NCBI GenBank assembly: GCA_001873435.1
Contig: MNZB01000003.1
Coordinates: forward strand, 137,789 to 201,788
Origin: Candidatus Pacebacteria bacterium CG2_30_36_39
Lineage (GTDB): Bacteria > Patescibacteriota > Microgenomatia > UBA1400 > PJMF01
Reading direction: 5' to 3'
DNA: 64,000 bases
Shown here: piece by piece, positions 48,340-58,788 of the stretch
Numbering within the stretch: position 1 is the stretch's first letter
How the letters are laid out: each line of letters begins with the position of its first letter
Program-made: the position numbers and the translations under genes
The notes under the pieces: generated by a model
The model's input: only the letters and a program-made list of their open reading frames with translations
Told to the model about the DNA's origin: nothing
Database searches by the model: none

Positions 48340-49593
48340 GTGAAAAAAACCTTATTGCAACGTCTTAGCATCGAATGGAGTCATTACCAAAGCATGGGTA
48401 TTAACCTTCAAAGATTAATGCTTTCCTATATTTTTTATTTAATGGCTCGTCCCCTACTAGATGTTTTTATGAGTGCTTTTTTATGGCGTCAAGCTAATGG
48501 AGCTATCTTGGTGATTATGTATTATTTGGGTTGGGTATTGGGTTTACCAGTTGGTTTTTTGATTAATGGTTTTCTTCTAAAGAAAATTCATGTTAAAAAT
48601 CTTTATTTTTTCGGGGTTGTTTTTCAAGGAGCCGGTGCTGCTTTGGCCGTTTTTTCAACAGTATTTTCTCCTTTTTCAATATTAAGTTATGGTTTTCTCT
48701 TTGGTCTGACGGCCTCATTTTTTTGGGCTAATAAGAATTCTTTAAGTTATCTATTGAGCAAGGGTAAAGATCGAATGTATTACAATTCCATAGAATCATC
48801 CTTAAGATTGGTGGTTGGAGTTGTAGTTCCAGTAATTGTTGGTTGGTTTCTGGCTTTGGGAGAAACAATTTCTTTTTATTCAGTGGCTAGTGCTTATAAA
48901 ATTATGATCGTTATCGCTTTATTTTTATTATTTGTTAGTGGGCTGTTGATGAAGTTTTCCGCTTTTGAAGATATTGGCTCAGCTCAATTATGGGTTACAA
49001 AGAAAAGTAAGAATTGGTCTATGGCTAGAGCGATCAATTTTATTTATAGCTGTTTAATGGGTATTAATCTTTTTTATCCAGCATTATTGATTTTAAATTT
49101 TGGGGCTAAGGAAGGGTTGCTGGGTACTTTGCAGTCTGTGATGCAGTTGTTGGCTGCTGGCAGTTTATATATTGCTGGCCGTAAAATGAAGGATGGCCAT
49201 GTGCTTCGCTTTATGAATGTTGCTCATTTGCTCTATTTGATAACTATGAGCTTGCTTCTTTGGCAGTTTTCTTGGTTATTTGGTTTAGTTTATTTAATGA
49301 CTCAGATTATTTTAGAATCAGTTAGATGGACCAATAGTTATACTTTAGTGATGAGTGCAATGGATGAGGAGCTCAAGGGTCAGAATGAACATGCTGGTTA
49401 TGCCTACGTTTTTGATAATGAGATATTTTTTAATTTAGGAAGAGCTGTGGGGATTTTGAGCTTTTTATCTGTGATGGCATTCTCAAATCTTGAGTTTGCT
49501 ATGCGTTGGGCTCCCCCAATCTTTATTTTGCTTCAATTCTTTTTGTATTGGCCAATGAAATATTTGTTGGAGCGTAAGGCAAAACGAATCTAG
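48340..49593 (+). CDS. MFS-like transporter (12 TM)
   Basis: 417 aa, 12 hydrophobic helices with a central loop. Confidence 0.45.
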   Translation: MKKTLLQRLSIEWSHYQSMGINLQRLMLSYIFYLMARPLLDVFMSAFLWRQANGAILVIMYYLGWVLGLPVGFLINGFLLKKIHVKNLYFFGVVFQGAGAALAVFSTVFSPFSILSYGFLFGLTASFFWANKNSLSYLLSKGKDRMYYNSIESSLRLVVGVVVPVIVGWFLALGETISFYSVASAYKIMIVIALFLLFVSGLLMKFSAFEDIGSAQLWVTKKSKNWSMARAINFIYSCLMGINLFYPALLILNFGAKEGLLGTLQSVMQLLAAGSLYIAGRKMKDGHVLRFMNVAHLLYLITMSLLLWQFSWLFGLVYLMTQIILESVRWTNSYTLVMSAMDEELKGQNEHAGYAYVFDNEIFFNLGRAVGILSFLSVMAFSNLEFAMRWAPPIFILLQFFLYWPMKYLLERKAKRI

Positions 49594-49611
49594 TTTTCAG
49601 GGAATAAAAAG

Positions 49612-49685
49612 TGGGTGTACTACGAATCGAACGTAGGACCTCTGTCTTATCAGGACAGCGCTCTAACCATCTGAGCTATACACCC
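49612..49685 (-). tRNA. tRNA-Ile (anticodon GAU). CCA not encoded.
   Basis: rc gives GGGTGTATAGCTCAGATGGTTAGAGCGCTGTCCTGATAAGACAG...GGTTCGATTCGTAGTACACCCA. Anticodon loop CTGATAA. Confidence 0.8.
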
Positions 49686-50038
49686 AAAATAATAACCAGT
49701 ATTGTAACATGCTCGGATATTTTTGCTATCTGAAATTTTCTTTTTTCTATTGTAAAACCTTGAGGTTGTTTTAGAAATAAACTTTGTATTGTTGTTAGAT
49801 TTTTTTATTAAAAATTATTAAAAAATTTTCAATAAAAAACTATCCTCTTTCCTATGAAAAATATAACCCTATCTATCAAATAATATCAAAGTATATCATA
49901 TAAAAAATAATGATATATCAATATATATTTTATAAACTAGCAATTAGCAGAGTTTGCCATTGTCTGCTAATGACCTATATTGTATTGACTATTTTAGTGA
50001 TGAATCAGGATATTATTTAATAATAGAGTAATTAAATA

Positions 50039-50070
50039 CAAAAAAACCCTCAGTACTGAGGGTTGGTTTT
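50039..50070. terminator. Strong intrinsic terminator within the 16S to tRNA-Ile spacer
   Basis: Perfect 16-nt palindrome ccctcagtactgaggg. On the minus (rRNA) strand it is followed by TTTTTTTG. Confidence 0.6.
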
Positions 50071-50245
50071 GTCATCTGCTCTTTTTAAGGGCAGTGAGAC
50101 AGATGTTAACATCAGAATAAATTCTGAGCTAAACACGGTGGTGAAAAATGGCCTAGATATGGTGATCATAGGACTTGTTATTTCGAGAACATTACTGTTC
50201 TCGGGAGAAAGGAGGTCGTGATATCTCCTACCCGTTCTCCTTAGA

Positions 50246-51770
<1,525 letters not shown>

Positions 51771-52132
51771 TAAAAATTTATTTTTAAGTTTGAAACTGAT
51801 CTTTTTTTCTTCGTTATCTAAAAGATTTATTGTTTCTGGTTGATAATTTACCCCTGCTGGGATAAATCATCGATTTGGAATTAACGGATTCTTTTTTTAA
51901 AAAAAATCCATCAATGTAACATATTTCACCACCATGTTCATATCAGAATATGAATCCATGGTGTAAATTCTGTCTTAAGTCTATTAATTTGTTAATGTTC
52001 AACTTCTTTTTCACCGAAAAAAAGAAACAATCCCCGCTGGGGGCCGTCTCTTCTTTCCCGCGATTTGTGAATTCTATGTCATGTGACACGAATTGTGAAG
52101 TGGGAGATATTGTATCAAGTAATCATGAGATG

Positions 52133-53227
52133 TCAAAGGATGATTCCACCACCACCACAGATTATCTGATTTTGAGTATCTAAATAGAAAACAGCTGATT
52201 GCCCACTGGCTATTCCATGGGTTTTTTTTGTTAATTTTACCCTGAAATGTCCGTCTTTTTTTTCAATTACTCCACTTATTCTTTCACCAGTATGGCGAAT
52301 TCTAATAGTAAGCTTTTTATTAGCTAAAAGCTCATCTTCGCTTATTCCCAAGACATGCAATTTTTCCAAAGCAAAAGAATTTTTTAGTACTTGAAGGTGA
52401 GGACCAACTACTAATTGATTAATTTTTGGTTTTTTATCAATCACATAGAGAGCTGGTAATTCACCCTTTGATAGTTCTGGATTAAGTTTTGCATATTTTT
52501 TCTTATCATAGGTAAAACCATGTCTTTGGCCTATGGTATGAAACCATAAACCATGATGTTTTCCTAAGATATTTCCAGCTTCATCAACTATTTCACCTGG
52601 TTTTTCGCCCAAATTATCTTTGAGGAATTTGGGTACATTTATATCGCCCACAAAACAAATACCAACAGAATCTTTTTTATTGGCGACTGACAACTGATTT
52701 TTTATAGCTATTTCGCGAACTTCATCTTTATTTAGCTCTTGCAAGGGAAAAACAATATGAGGTAACTGCTCGCTTTTTATTTCATAAAGAAAATATGTTT
52801 GATCTTTATGTTTATCTTTTGGTATGAGTAATTGTTTGCCGTTTGTACCAGCATAATGACCAGTAGCAACGGCTTCATAGCCGTTTTTTATTGCCCATTC
52901 ATAAAATAAACCAAATTTAATAATCTTATTACACATCACATCAGGATTGGGAGTTCGACCAGCTTGATATTCACTTAAAAAATATCCCATGACTTTTTCT
53001 TTATATTCTTTTTTGAAATCTAAAACTTGAAAAGGAAGGTTGAGTTGTAAAGCAACCTTGAGTGCGTCTTTACGATCACCTTCAGCTCTACAGCCTGGTT
53101 CGTTCCAGCACTCAATATAGGCAGTATGCACATCATAACCAGCATCTCTAAGAAGCAGAGCGCTAACGGCGGAATCAACACCACCAGAGAGGCCTAAGAC
53201 TATTTTTTTACTATCGGGTACTAACAT
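52133..53227 (-). CDS. mnmA: tRNA-specific 2-thiouridylase MnmA
   Basis: PP-loop SGGVDSAV, catalytic Cys region, MnmA C-terminal beta-barrel. Confidence 0.85.
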   Translation of the reverse strand: MLVPDSKKIVLGLSGGVDSAVSALLLRDAGYDVHTAYIECWNEPGCRAEGDRKDALKVALQLNLPFQVLDFKKEYKEKVMGYFLSEYQAGRTPNPDVMCNKIIKFGLFYEWAIKNGYEAVATGHYAGTNGKQLLIPKDKHKDQTYFLYEIKSEQLPHIVFPLQELNKDEVREIAIKNQLSVANKKDSVGICFVGDINVPKFLKDNLGEKPGEIVDEAGNILGKHHGLWFHTIGQRHGFTYDKKKYAKLNPELSKGELPALYVIDKKPKINQLVVGPHLQVLKNSFALEKLHVLGISEDELLANKKLTIRIRHTGERISGVIEKKDGHFRVKLTKKTHGIASGQSAVFYLDTQNQIICGGGGIIL

Positions 53228-53253
53228 AAGTGGTCAGTATTATAGCTCAATGA

Positions 53254-54213
53254 CTAGACTAAGAAATTTTCTTTGGCAATCTCAGCAACTTTTCTTTTAT
53301 AAGCATCTGGATCTTTAGTGTAAAAACGAGGCAAAATCGGCTGAAACTTGGGATTTAAAACAACTGCTTTTGTAATATCCTGCCAAGATATTTTTCCATA
53401 ATAGAGTTCTTTTAAAGGAAAATTATTTTCTACCATAAACTTGGTAGTTTCCACAAAACCCTCAAAATAAACATAATCCTTAGTAAAACCTCCTGGCCTG
53501 CTAGTATCAGTGAGTCCTCTTTTCTTTTTGAAGGTTAAAGTAAAAGCTCGTTCTGCATCGCCTAGATAGTGATTTAAATATTGCCATACTTCTAAAAATG
53601 ATTCTTCCTGAGCTTTAATTGTGGCTAAAAAGTTTAGGGCAGCCATGTAGGTTAACTGCATTTTTTGTGGATACATAGCATGTAAGACAGCTAAACCTTC
53701 TTCAGTTTTTAGGTATGGAGCAAAACCGTAGTTCTTTTTTTTCTTAAACCAAGGTTGTTGTTCATAATTAATTCGACGTAGGGCATGAGTTCCAATTTCG
53801 TGGTAAAGCAAACTATCTAGGTCTTCTTTATAAATTGAACAAGGGAGTCTTAGTTTAATTTCGTTGGCATTGATAGCTGCTCTACTGACGAACTCTGCCG
53901 ACCAAATAATCTCAAATTTTCTTTCCAATCCATGAAGTTTGAGAAAATTTCTAATTTCACGAGAAACAATTTCTTCATTCAAAAGTTCGCCTCGTTGAGA
54001 CTGAAGCTCTTCAATAGAAAATTTGGTAAAAGTAGTTTCAATAATTTTTTCAGCTAAATCAATATATTTTGTATTGGGTAAACCATTTTGCACTAAATCT
54101 TCAGTAGCGAAAAAACGATAATAATTAAATTGAGGATTAAAGTTGGGACTAGCTAGAAAACGTTGTTTCTCTGCTAAAAAATTAGTTGGTTGTAGATCTG
54201 CAACGAGTCCCAT
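53254..54213 (-). CDS. DUF1704 / QEGLA-motif protein (putative HExxH zinc metallopeptidase)
   Basis: HEIGTHALR (HExxH) and TEEGLAV (QEGLA-like motif). 319 aa. Confidence 0.55.
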   Translation of the reverse strand: MGLVADLQPTNFLAEKQRFLASPNFNPQFNYYRFFATEDLVQNGLPNTKYIDLAEKIIETTFTKFSIEELQSQRGELLNEEIVSREIRNFLKLHGLERKFEIIWSAEFVSRAAINANEIKLRLPCSIYKEDLDSLLYHEIGTHALRRINYEQQPWFKKKKNYGFAPYLKTEEGLAVLHAMYPQKMQLTYMAALNFLATIKAQEESFLEVWQYLNHYLGDAERAFTLTFKKKRGLTDTSRPGGFTKDYVYFEGFVETTKFMVENNFPLKELYYGKISWQDITKAVVLNPKFQPILPRFYTKDPDAYKRKVAEIAKENFLV

Positions 54214-54230
54214 GTTTTTAACTTAGCTTT

Positions 54231-55511
54231 TTAAGCAGGTCTAATAACAAATCCTGCCAAATCATTCCTACCTATTTCAATTTTTTGAGTGCCTTTATTG
54301 AGTTTTTTGGAAACAACTGCTGAAGTAGTAATTACTTTATCTTTGAGTTTGAATTTCAATTCCACTACAGGGCGCTTACCTTCTCCAGCTACTTGTTGAT
54401 ACCACAAGAGATCATCGACATCTATTAAGCCTAGTTCTTTTGCTAGTTCACTAGAAATAATGGTGCGAAAACGACCAGTGTTAATAAGGGCTTTTTCATC
54501 GATTTTTTGTTTATCGTCACCATAGATAGTAACTGTTTCTTCAATTTCAATAATTGGAATTTCGCCGTCTTCCTTGATTTTACTGGCAAAATTTTCAGCA
54601 AACAGAGCTTGGGCAATTCTAACCCCATGTTCTGTGCTTAGAACATTGAGATCTCTAACTCTTTCCAAGCGTCTTCTGAGTCCCGCTTTATTTGCTACTT
54701 GAATAGATAAGCCAGGATAAGCATTGAGCTCTACTACCATAGGACCTTTTTCTTGATGGATAAAAATATCAACTCCGGTAAAAACTAGGCCAGCTGCTCT
54801 TGCCGCTCCTACCGCAGTCAAAAGAATTTCTTTCCAAAATGGAACGCGAATGCCATTGAGCTTAATTTTTGTATCGGGCATGTATTGAATTAATTGATTT
54901 TTATGAGCAGCTGCGTGAGTAGTAATGCCGGTAGCTATATCAACACCTACTCCCAAAGCTCCCTGGCTTTGATTGGCGCGTCCACCAGATTCTTCAGTTG
55001 GCAAACGTAAAAGAGCCATAACCGGAACGCTATTAAAGACGACCACTCTAACATCAGGAGTGCCTTTATAGCTATATTTTAGTAGTTTGGGGTGAATTGG
55101 AATACGTTCTTCAACAATGATGTTGTGATTTGAACCATGAGTACTATATTCTCCAGACAAAATGTCACCACAATGCAATTTAATATCATCGAGACTCCAA
55201 ACGTGACCTATAGCATCAGTCCAATGTTCTTTATCAGCATGTTGATTGCGGAAAGCAACTACTCCCTTACCAGCATGGCCATTAGTAGGTTTGATCACGA
55301 AGTCTTTTTCTAGTTTTTTCCAGTCAAATTCTTCAATGTCTTCTGAGGTTGCCAAGATACCATAAACTTGAGCGGTGGGAATATTTTGGCTTTGTAATAA
55401 TAATTTAGTAGCGTATTTTGAAATACAAAAAGATCGAGCTTTGCGAGAGTTGAGTGGGACATAAAGCTGGTTGCGAGCATTCATGCCCAGGATGTCATTG
55501 GCGAGTACCAT
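54231..55511 (-). CDS. RimK-like ATP-grasp ligase (alpha-L-glutamate-ligase-related) with ~110-aa C-terminal extra domain
   Basis: N-terminus MVLANDILGMNARNQLY typical of RimK-related ligases. ATP-grasp core (KPTNGHAGKGV, VVELNAYPGL). Internal start preferred. Confidence 0.6.
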   Translation of the reverse strand: MVLANDILGMNARNQLYVPLNSRKARSFCISKYATKLLLQSQNIPTAQVYGILATSEDIEEFDWKKLEKDFVIKPTNGHAGKGVVAFRNQHADKEHWTDAIGHVWSLDDIKLHCGDILSGEYSTHGSNHNIIVEERIPIHPKLLKYSYKGTPDVRVVVFNSVPVMALLRLPTEESGGRANQSQGALGVGVDIATGITTHAAAHKNQLIQYMPDTKIKLNGIRVPFWKEILLTAVGAARAAGLVFTGVDIFIHQEKGPMVVELNAYPGLSIQVANKAGLRRRLERVRDLNVLSTEHGVRIAQALFAENFASKIKEDGEIPIIEIEETVTIYGDDKQKIDEKALINTGRFRTIISSELAKELGLIDVDDLLWYQQVAGEGKRPVVELKFKLKDKVITTSAVVSKKLNKGTQKIEIGRNDLAGFVIRPA

Positions 55512-55515
55512 AAGC

Positions 55516-56448
55516 TTATTCCTCTTCTTCAATGATTGAAGTAAAGCGCACTCTCTCCAAGAGACGCAAACCGGTATATCTACCAATTAAAATATTTAGG
55601 CCAGCAACAGCTAATAAACTGAATTCTGGATAAAGTAAGACGAATTTTTGAATTGACTCTAGATTGATTAATAGTGCACAAAGAATAGCAACTAGAAGAG
55701 TTTCAAAAGTAATACTCAGGGCTTCTTTTTGACTACTGAATAGTTGAGTACTCATAAAGTTTTCTGTTAAGAGCATGATAATTAAAAGTGGAAAAATACT
55801 AATGCTTAGGAGTGAGCTAACATTAATCCAGGAAGCAAGTATTAGTAAACTGAGGATTAAGAAAGTTACTACCCAAAGCAACATGGCAGTTCTGGGTAGC
55901 AATGGTAGCTTGAAGTGTTTTACAGCGCTACGAGCAATGGTTGCGGCTGCTAAGACTGCTACAAATACTAAGACACCAGTTATGATTCCGGTTGAAACAA
56001 AAGCCACAGATAAGACGGCTGGAATGTAGACACCAAAGCCTTTTAGACCCACAACATGACGGGAAACAGCAATTAATGAGGCAATTAATGGAAATAATAA
56101 CATCAACACAATAATATTGGCTGGTAAGCCATTGGCAATGGCTCTACGAATGGCGTGTTGTAAAGGATTGTGCCAAGACAATCCTCCGATGGGATGTTCG
56201 TCTAAGTAGGCAGCTAATTTGCTTTTTTGCTTACCACCAGTTTCTGTAATGTCTTGATCTTTTTTTTCTTGAATTTTTTGGTCTAGTTCAGCCGATGAAG
56301 ATGCTAGATTTCCAGCATCGCTAGCTTCGATGGGGCTGGTTGCTTCTAATACCTGTTTTAGTGGTTCTACTGTTAAGGCTTTGGCTGGAAAGACAGCGAT
56401 AAGTCCGAATAGTAGAACAAATAGAAGGGTTAATCCGAGCTTTTTCAT
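55516..56448 (-). CDS. Seven-TM membrane protein with N-terminal signal peptide (7TM partner of the ATP-grasp cassette; no fused transglutaminase domain)
   Basis: Signal peptide, ~90-aa exported segment, then 7 hydrophobic helices, acidic C-terminus EEEE. Confidence 0.5.
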   Translation of the reverse strand: MKKLGLTLLFVLLFGLIAVFPAKALTVEPLKQVLEATSPIEASDAGNLASSSAELDQKIQEKKDQDITETGGKQKSKLAAYLDEHPIGGLSWHNPLQHAIRRAIANGLPANIIVLMLLFPLIASLIAVSRHVVGLKGFGVYIPAVLSVAFVSTGIITGVLVFVAVLAAATIARSAVKHFKLPLLPRTAMLLWVVTFLILSLLILASWINVSSLLSISIFPLLIIMLLTENFMSTQLFSSQKEALSITFETLLVAILCALLINLESIQKFVLLYPEFSLLAVAGLNILIGRYTGLRLLERVRFTSIIEEEE

Positions 56449-56501
56449 ATTGTTATTATACCAGGATTGATTGGTCAGTGCATTTTTTTACACAACCAAA
56501 C

Positions 56502-56858
56502 TTAGATTACTAATGTGACAAAACCTTGAACAAAACCGATTAAAATTGAAGCAAAGAGAATCGAGCCAAATCGACTCAAGTGATAGCCAAAAACGATCAT
56601 GTTGGAAATTTCGAAACCAGGTACTAAATAGGTAACTAACCACAACATTGCTACGTTGATTACGACGGAAAACAGACCAAAAGTAACAACATTGATAGGT
56701 AAAAATAGAAATTTAATAATTGGTTTAATGATTTTTTGTACAAAGACCATGACTAGACTGGCAATGAGCATAGTGGTCCAGTCTGAAAAACTAATGGTGG
56801 GAAGAAAATAAGAGAGAATCCAAAAAGTAACGCTGGTGTTGAGAAAAAGTCTAAGCAT
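56502..56858 (-). CDS. DUF360 / phage-holin-4-like small membrane protein
   Basis: LPINVVTFGLFSVVINVAMLWLVTYLVPGFEI matches the DUF360 core. Confidence 0.55.
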   Translation of the reverse strand: MLRLFLNTSVTFWILSYFLPTISFSDWTTMLIASLVMVFVQKIIKPIIKFLFLPINVVTFGLFSVVINVAMLWLVTYLVPGFEISNMIVFGYHLSRFGSILFASILIGFVQGFVTLVI

Positions 56859-56865
56859 TAATTGT

Positions 56866-57417
56866 TTATGTATATTTTCTTATTTCTTCAGCTGCTTTAC
56901 TTGCAACTTCTTTTATTAATTCATCACCTTCTAAGTTAAACAATTCCAAGATAAGTTTAGTTGCTTCTGGATCATTTTTCAAAAGTTCAATAAATTTATC
57001 CATTTCTTCACCGGTTGGCAAAATTGGTAAAACTTTTTCCCATAACAGAAATCCATGCTCAGTCATTCCAGAAGGAGTCCAATCAATACTAGCATCTGCA
57101 ACCCGAACAGTTTTATAAGTTATTTCTCTGCCATTGGGAAGTGTATTTTGTAAATGAGTTAGTTGTTTTTGAGAGGTAATAGAAGTTTGATCATCTTGGA
57201 AAACAACAATTTTATGTTTTAATTTTTTATCAGCAAAAAATCTAGACAAAATTCCATATAATTTATCTGCTAAAACATCACCTTCAAAACCTTCTTTAAA
57301 ACTTGTTCTTATTTCAACTAATTCGCTATGTTGCGGGTTAGATTCTTTTTCTTGGGCGGCATCAAACTCTTCAAAAGCTGATTCTAGCCCTGCCAATAGA
57401 TTATTTTCTTCATTCAT
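56866..57417 (-). CDS. Hypothetical acidic cytoplasmic protein (183 aa)
   Basis: ORF tightly packed between uvrC and the DUF360 gene. No recognisable motif. Confidence 0.35.
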   Translation of the reverse strand: MNEENNLLAGLESAFEEFDAAQEKESNPQHSELVEIRTSFKEGFEGDVLADKLYGILSRFFADKKLKHKIVVFQDDQTSITSQKQLTHLQNTLPNGREITYKTVRVADASIDWTPSGMTEHGFLLWEKVLPILPTGEEMDKFIELLKNDPEATKLILELFNLEGDELIKEVASKAAEEIRKYT

Positions 57418-57441
57418 AGTTACATTTTACACACTTTTTAA

Positions 57442-58788
57442 CTATTTATTCAACAAAGCTCTAGTGTGTCTTTTACTCCATTGTTTTTTGGCAAAGCGAT
57501 GAGCTTCGTTTCTTAATTGTTGAATTAGTTTCAATGCTGGATGATCAGGTCCAAGATTAAGAATTTGATATTTTTCTTGTTTTTCTACTGGTAGTGGGAT
57601 AACTAATCTATCTGGATTTTTAGCAATACCTATTACTGGTATTTGCCATTGCCAAATTTGTAAAACTGCTTTGACTTGGCCTTTGCCACCATCTATAACC
57701 ACCAAGTCTGGCTTCCCCCACTCTGGATGATTTTGGCGACGAACCAAAGCTTCTTTCATCATATGATAATCATTAGGAGTATCAAGAGAATAGATATTAA
57801 ATAACTTATATTCACTTGGATTTGCTATTCCATTTTCTGTTACCACCATCGAAACAGCGGCATTTTTACCTTGAACATTGCTTACGTCATAACCTTCAAT
57901 TCTGGATAATTTTTTAGTTTTTGGAAATCTAGTATAAGTTGAAAGAATTTTTTTTAATTCAATAATACCTAATTCTTGTTGATTGAGGCCAAAGCCAGGT
58001 AAAACTAAATCCGGTTTAAGTTGATAGTTTTTTTGTGTAACTTCTTGGATGTATTGAATGCGTTGCTTAATTATCTGTGCCTGTTCATATTCTTGAGTCT
58101 CAGAAAATTGACGCATTTGTAGGGTTAGGTTTTTAAGTACTTCTCTCTTTTTGCCTTTAAGAAAAAGTTTTAAATTATTGATATTTTCTGCGTAGTTTTC
58201 TGGAGAAATTAAGTCAAGACAAACCCCTGGACATTGATCTAAATGGTAGTAAAAACAAGCCTTTTTTTGATCAGTAATTGGTTGATTGCACCAAGGAAAT
58301 ATTTTTCGAGCAATTTTTAAAACTTCATTAACCTTATAACTACTTTGGAATGGCCCAAGAATAGTTCCTTTGGGATTTTCGGTAATCAAATCTGTTTTAC
58401 GCTTTTTTAAGACTTTAGGAAACTTTTCATTAGTAATTAATAAGTAGATGGGAGATTTGTCGTCTTTGAGCCTGATATTAAAAAAGGGTTGATGGGTATG
58501 AATTAGTTCTGCTTCAATTAATAGAGCCTCTAACTCACTATCTAAAACTTGATATCTTACTTCAGTTGCAGTTGTGACGAGTTTTTTAATTCGTGAAGAA
58601 AGCTGTGAATATTGAGTGTAACTAGTGAGGCGATTTTTTAGATTTTTGGCTTTACCAACGTAAAGAATCTTAGCGTTTTTGTCTAAGAACGAGTACACTC
58701 CCGGTTCCAAGGGCCAAGAGGATCGCTGCTCCGCCCAAGGCAAAGATGGTGTAAGGATGGGCAATGGTTTGGACGAAGTTCGGTGCAT
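57442..58788 (-). CDS. uvrC: Excinuclease ABC subunit C (short form lacking C-terminal HhH). Start uncertain, may be further downstream.
   Basis: GIY-YIG N-terminus (PGVYSFLDKNAKILYVGKAKNLKNRL), UvrC homology region, RNase H-like endonuclease domain. Track ORF begins with TTG at 58800 and overlaps the upstream gene by ~130 nt. Confidence 0.75.
   Translation of the reverse strand: MHRTSSKPLPILTPSLPWAEQRSSWPLEPGVYSFLDKNAKILYVGKAKNLKNRLTSYTQYSQLSSRIKKLVTTATEVRYQVLDSELEALLIEAELIHTHQPFFNIRLKDDKSPIYLLITNEKFPKVLKKRKTDLITENPKGTILGPFQSSYKVNEVLKIARKIFPWCNQPITDQKKACFYYHLDQCPGVCLDLISPENYAENINNLKLFLKGKKREVLKNLTLQMRQFSETQEYEQAQIIKQRIQYIQEVTQKNYQLKPDLVLPGFGLNQQELGIIELKKILSTYTRFPKTKKLSRIEGYDVSNVQGKNAAVSMVVTENGIANPSEYKLFNIYSLDTPNDYHMMKEALVRRQNHPEWGKPDLVVIDGGKGQVKAVLQIWQWQIPVIGIAKNPDRLVIPLPVEKQEKYQILNLGPDHPALKLIQQLRNEAHRFAKKQWSKRHTRALLNK

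Noticed and set aside
49594-49611. 23S/5S rRNA downstream of tRNA-Ile
   Set aside because: tRNA-Ile is followed within 20 nt by a protein-coding gene on the other strand, so the 23S is not in this window.
51950-52183. 77-aa plus-strand ORF upstream of the 16S
   Set aside because: It lies in the 16S promoter/leader region and overlaps the mnmA 3' end on the opposite strand. Not credible as a gene.
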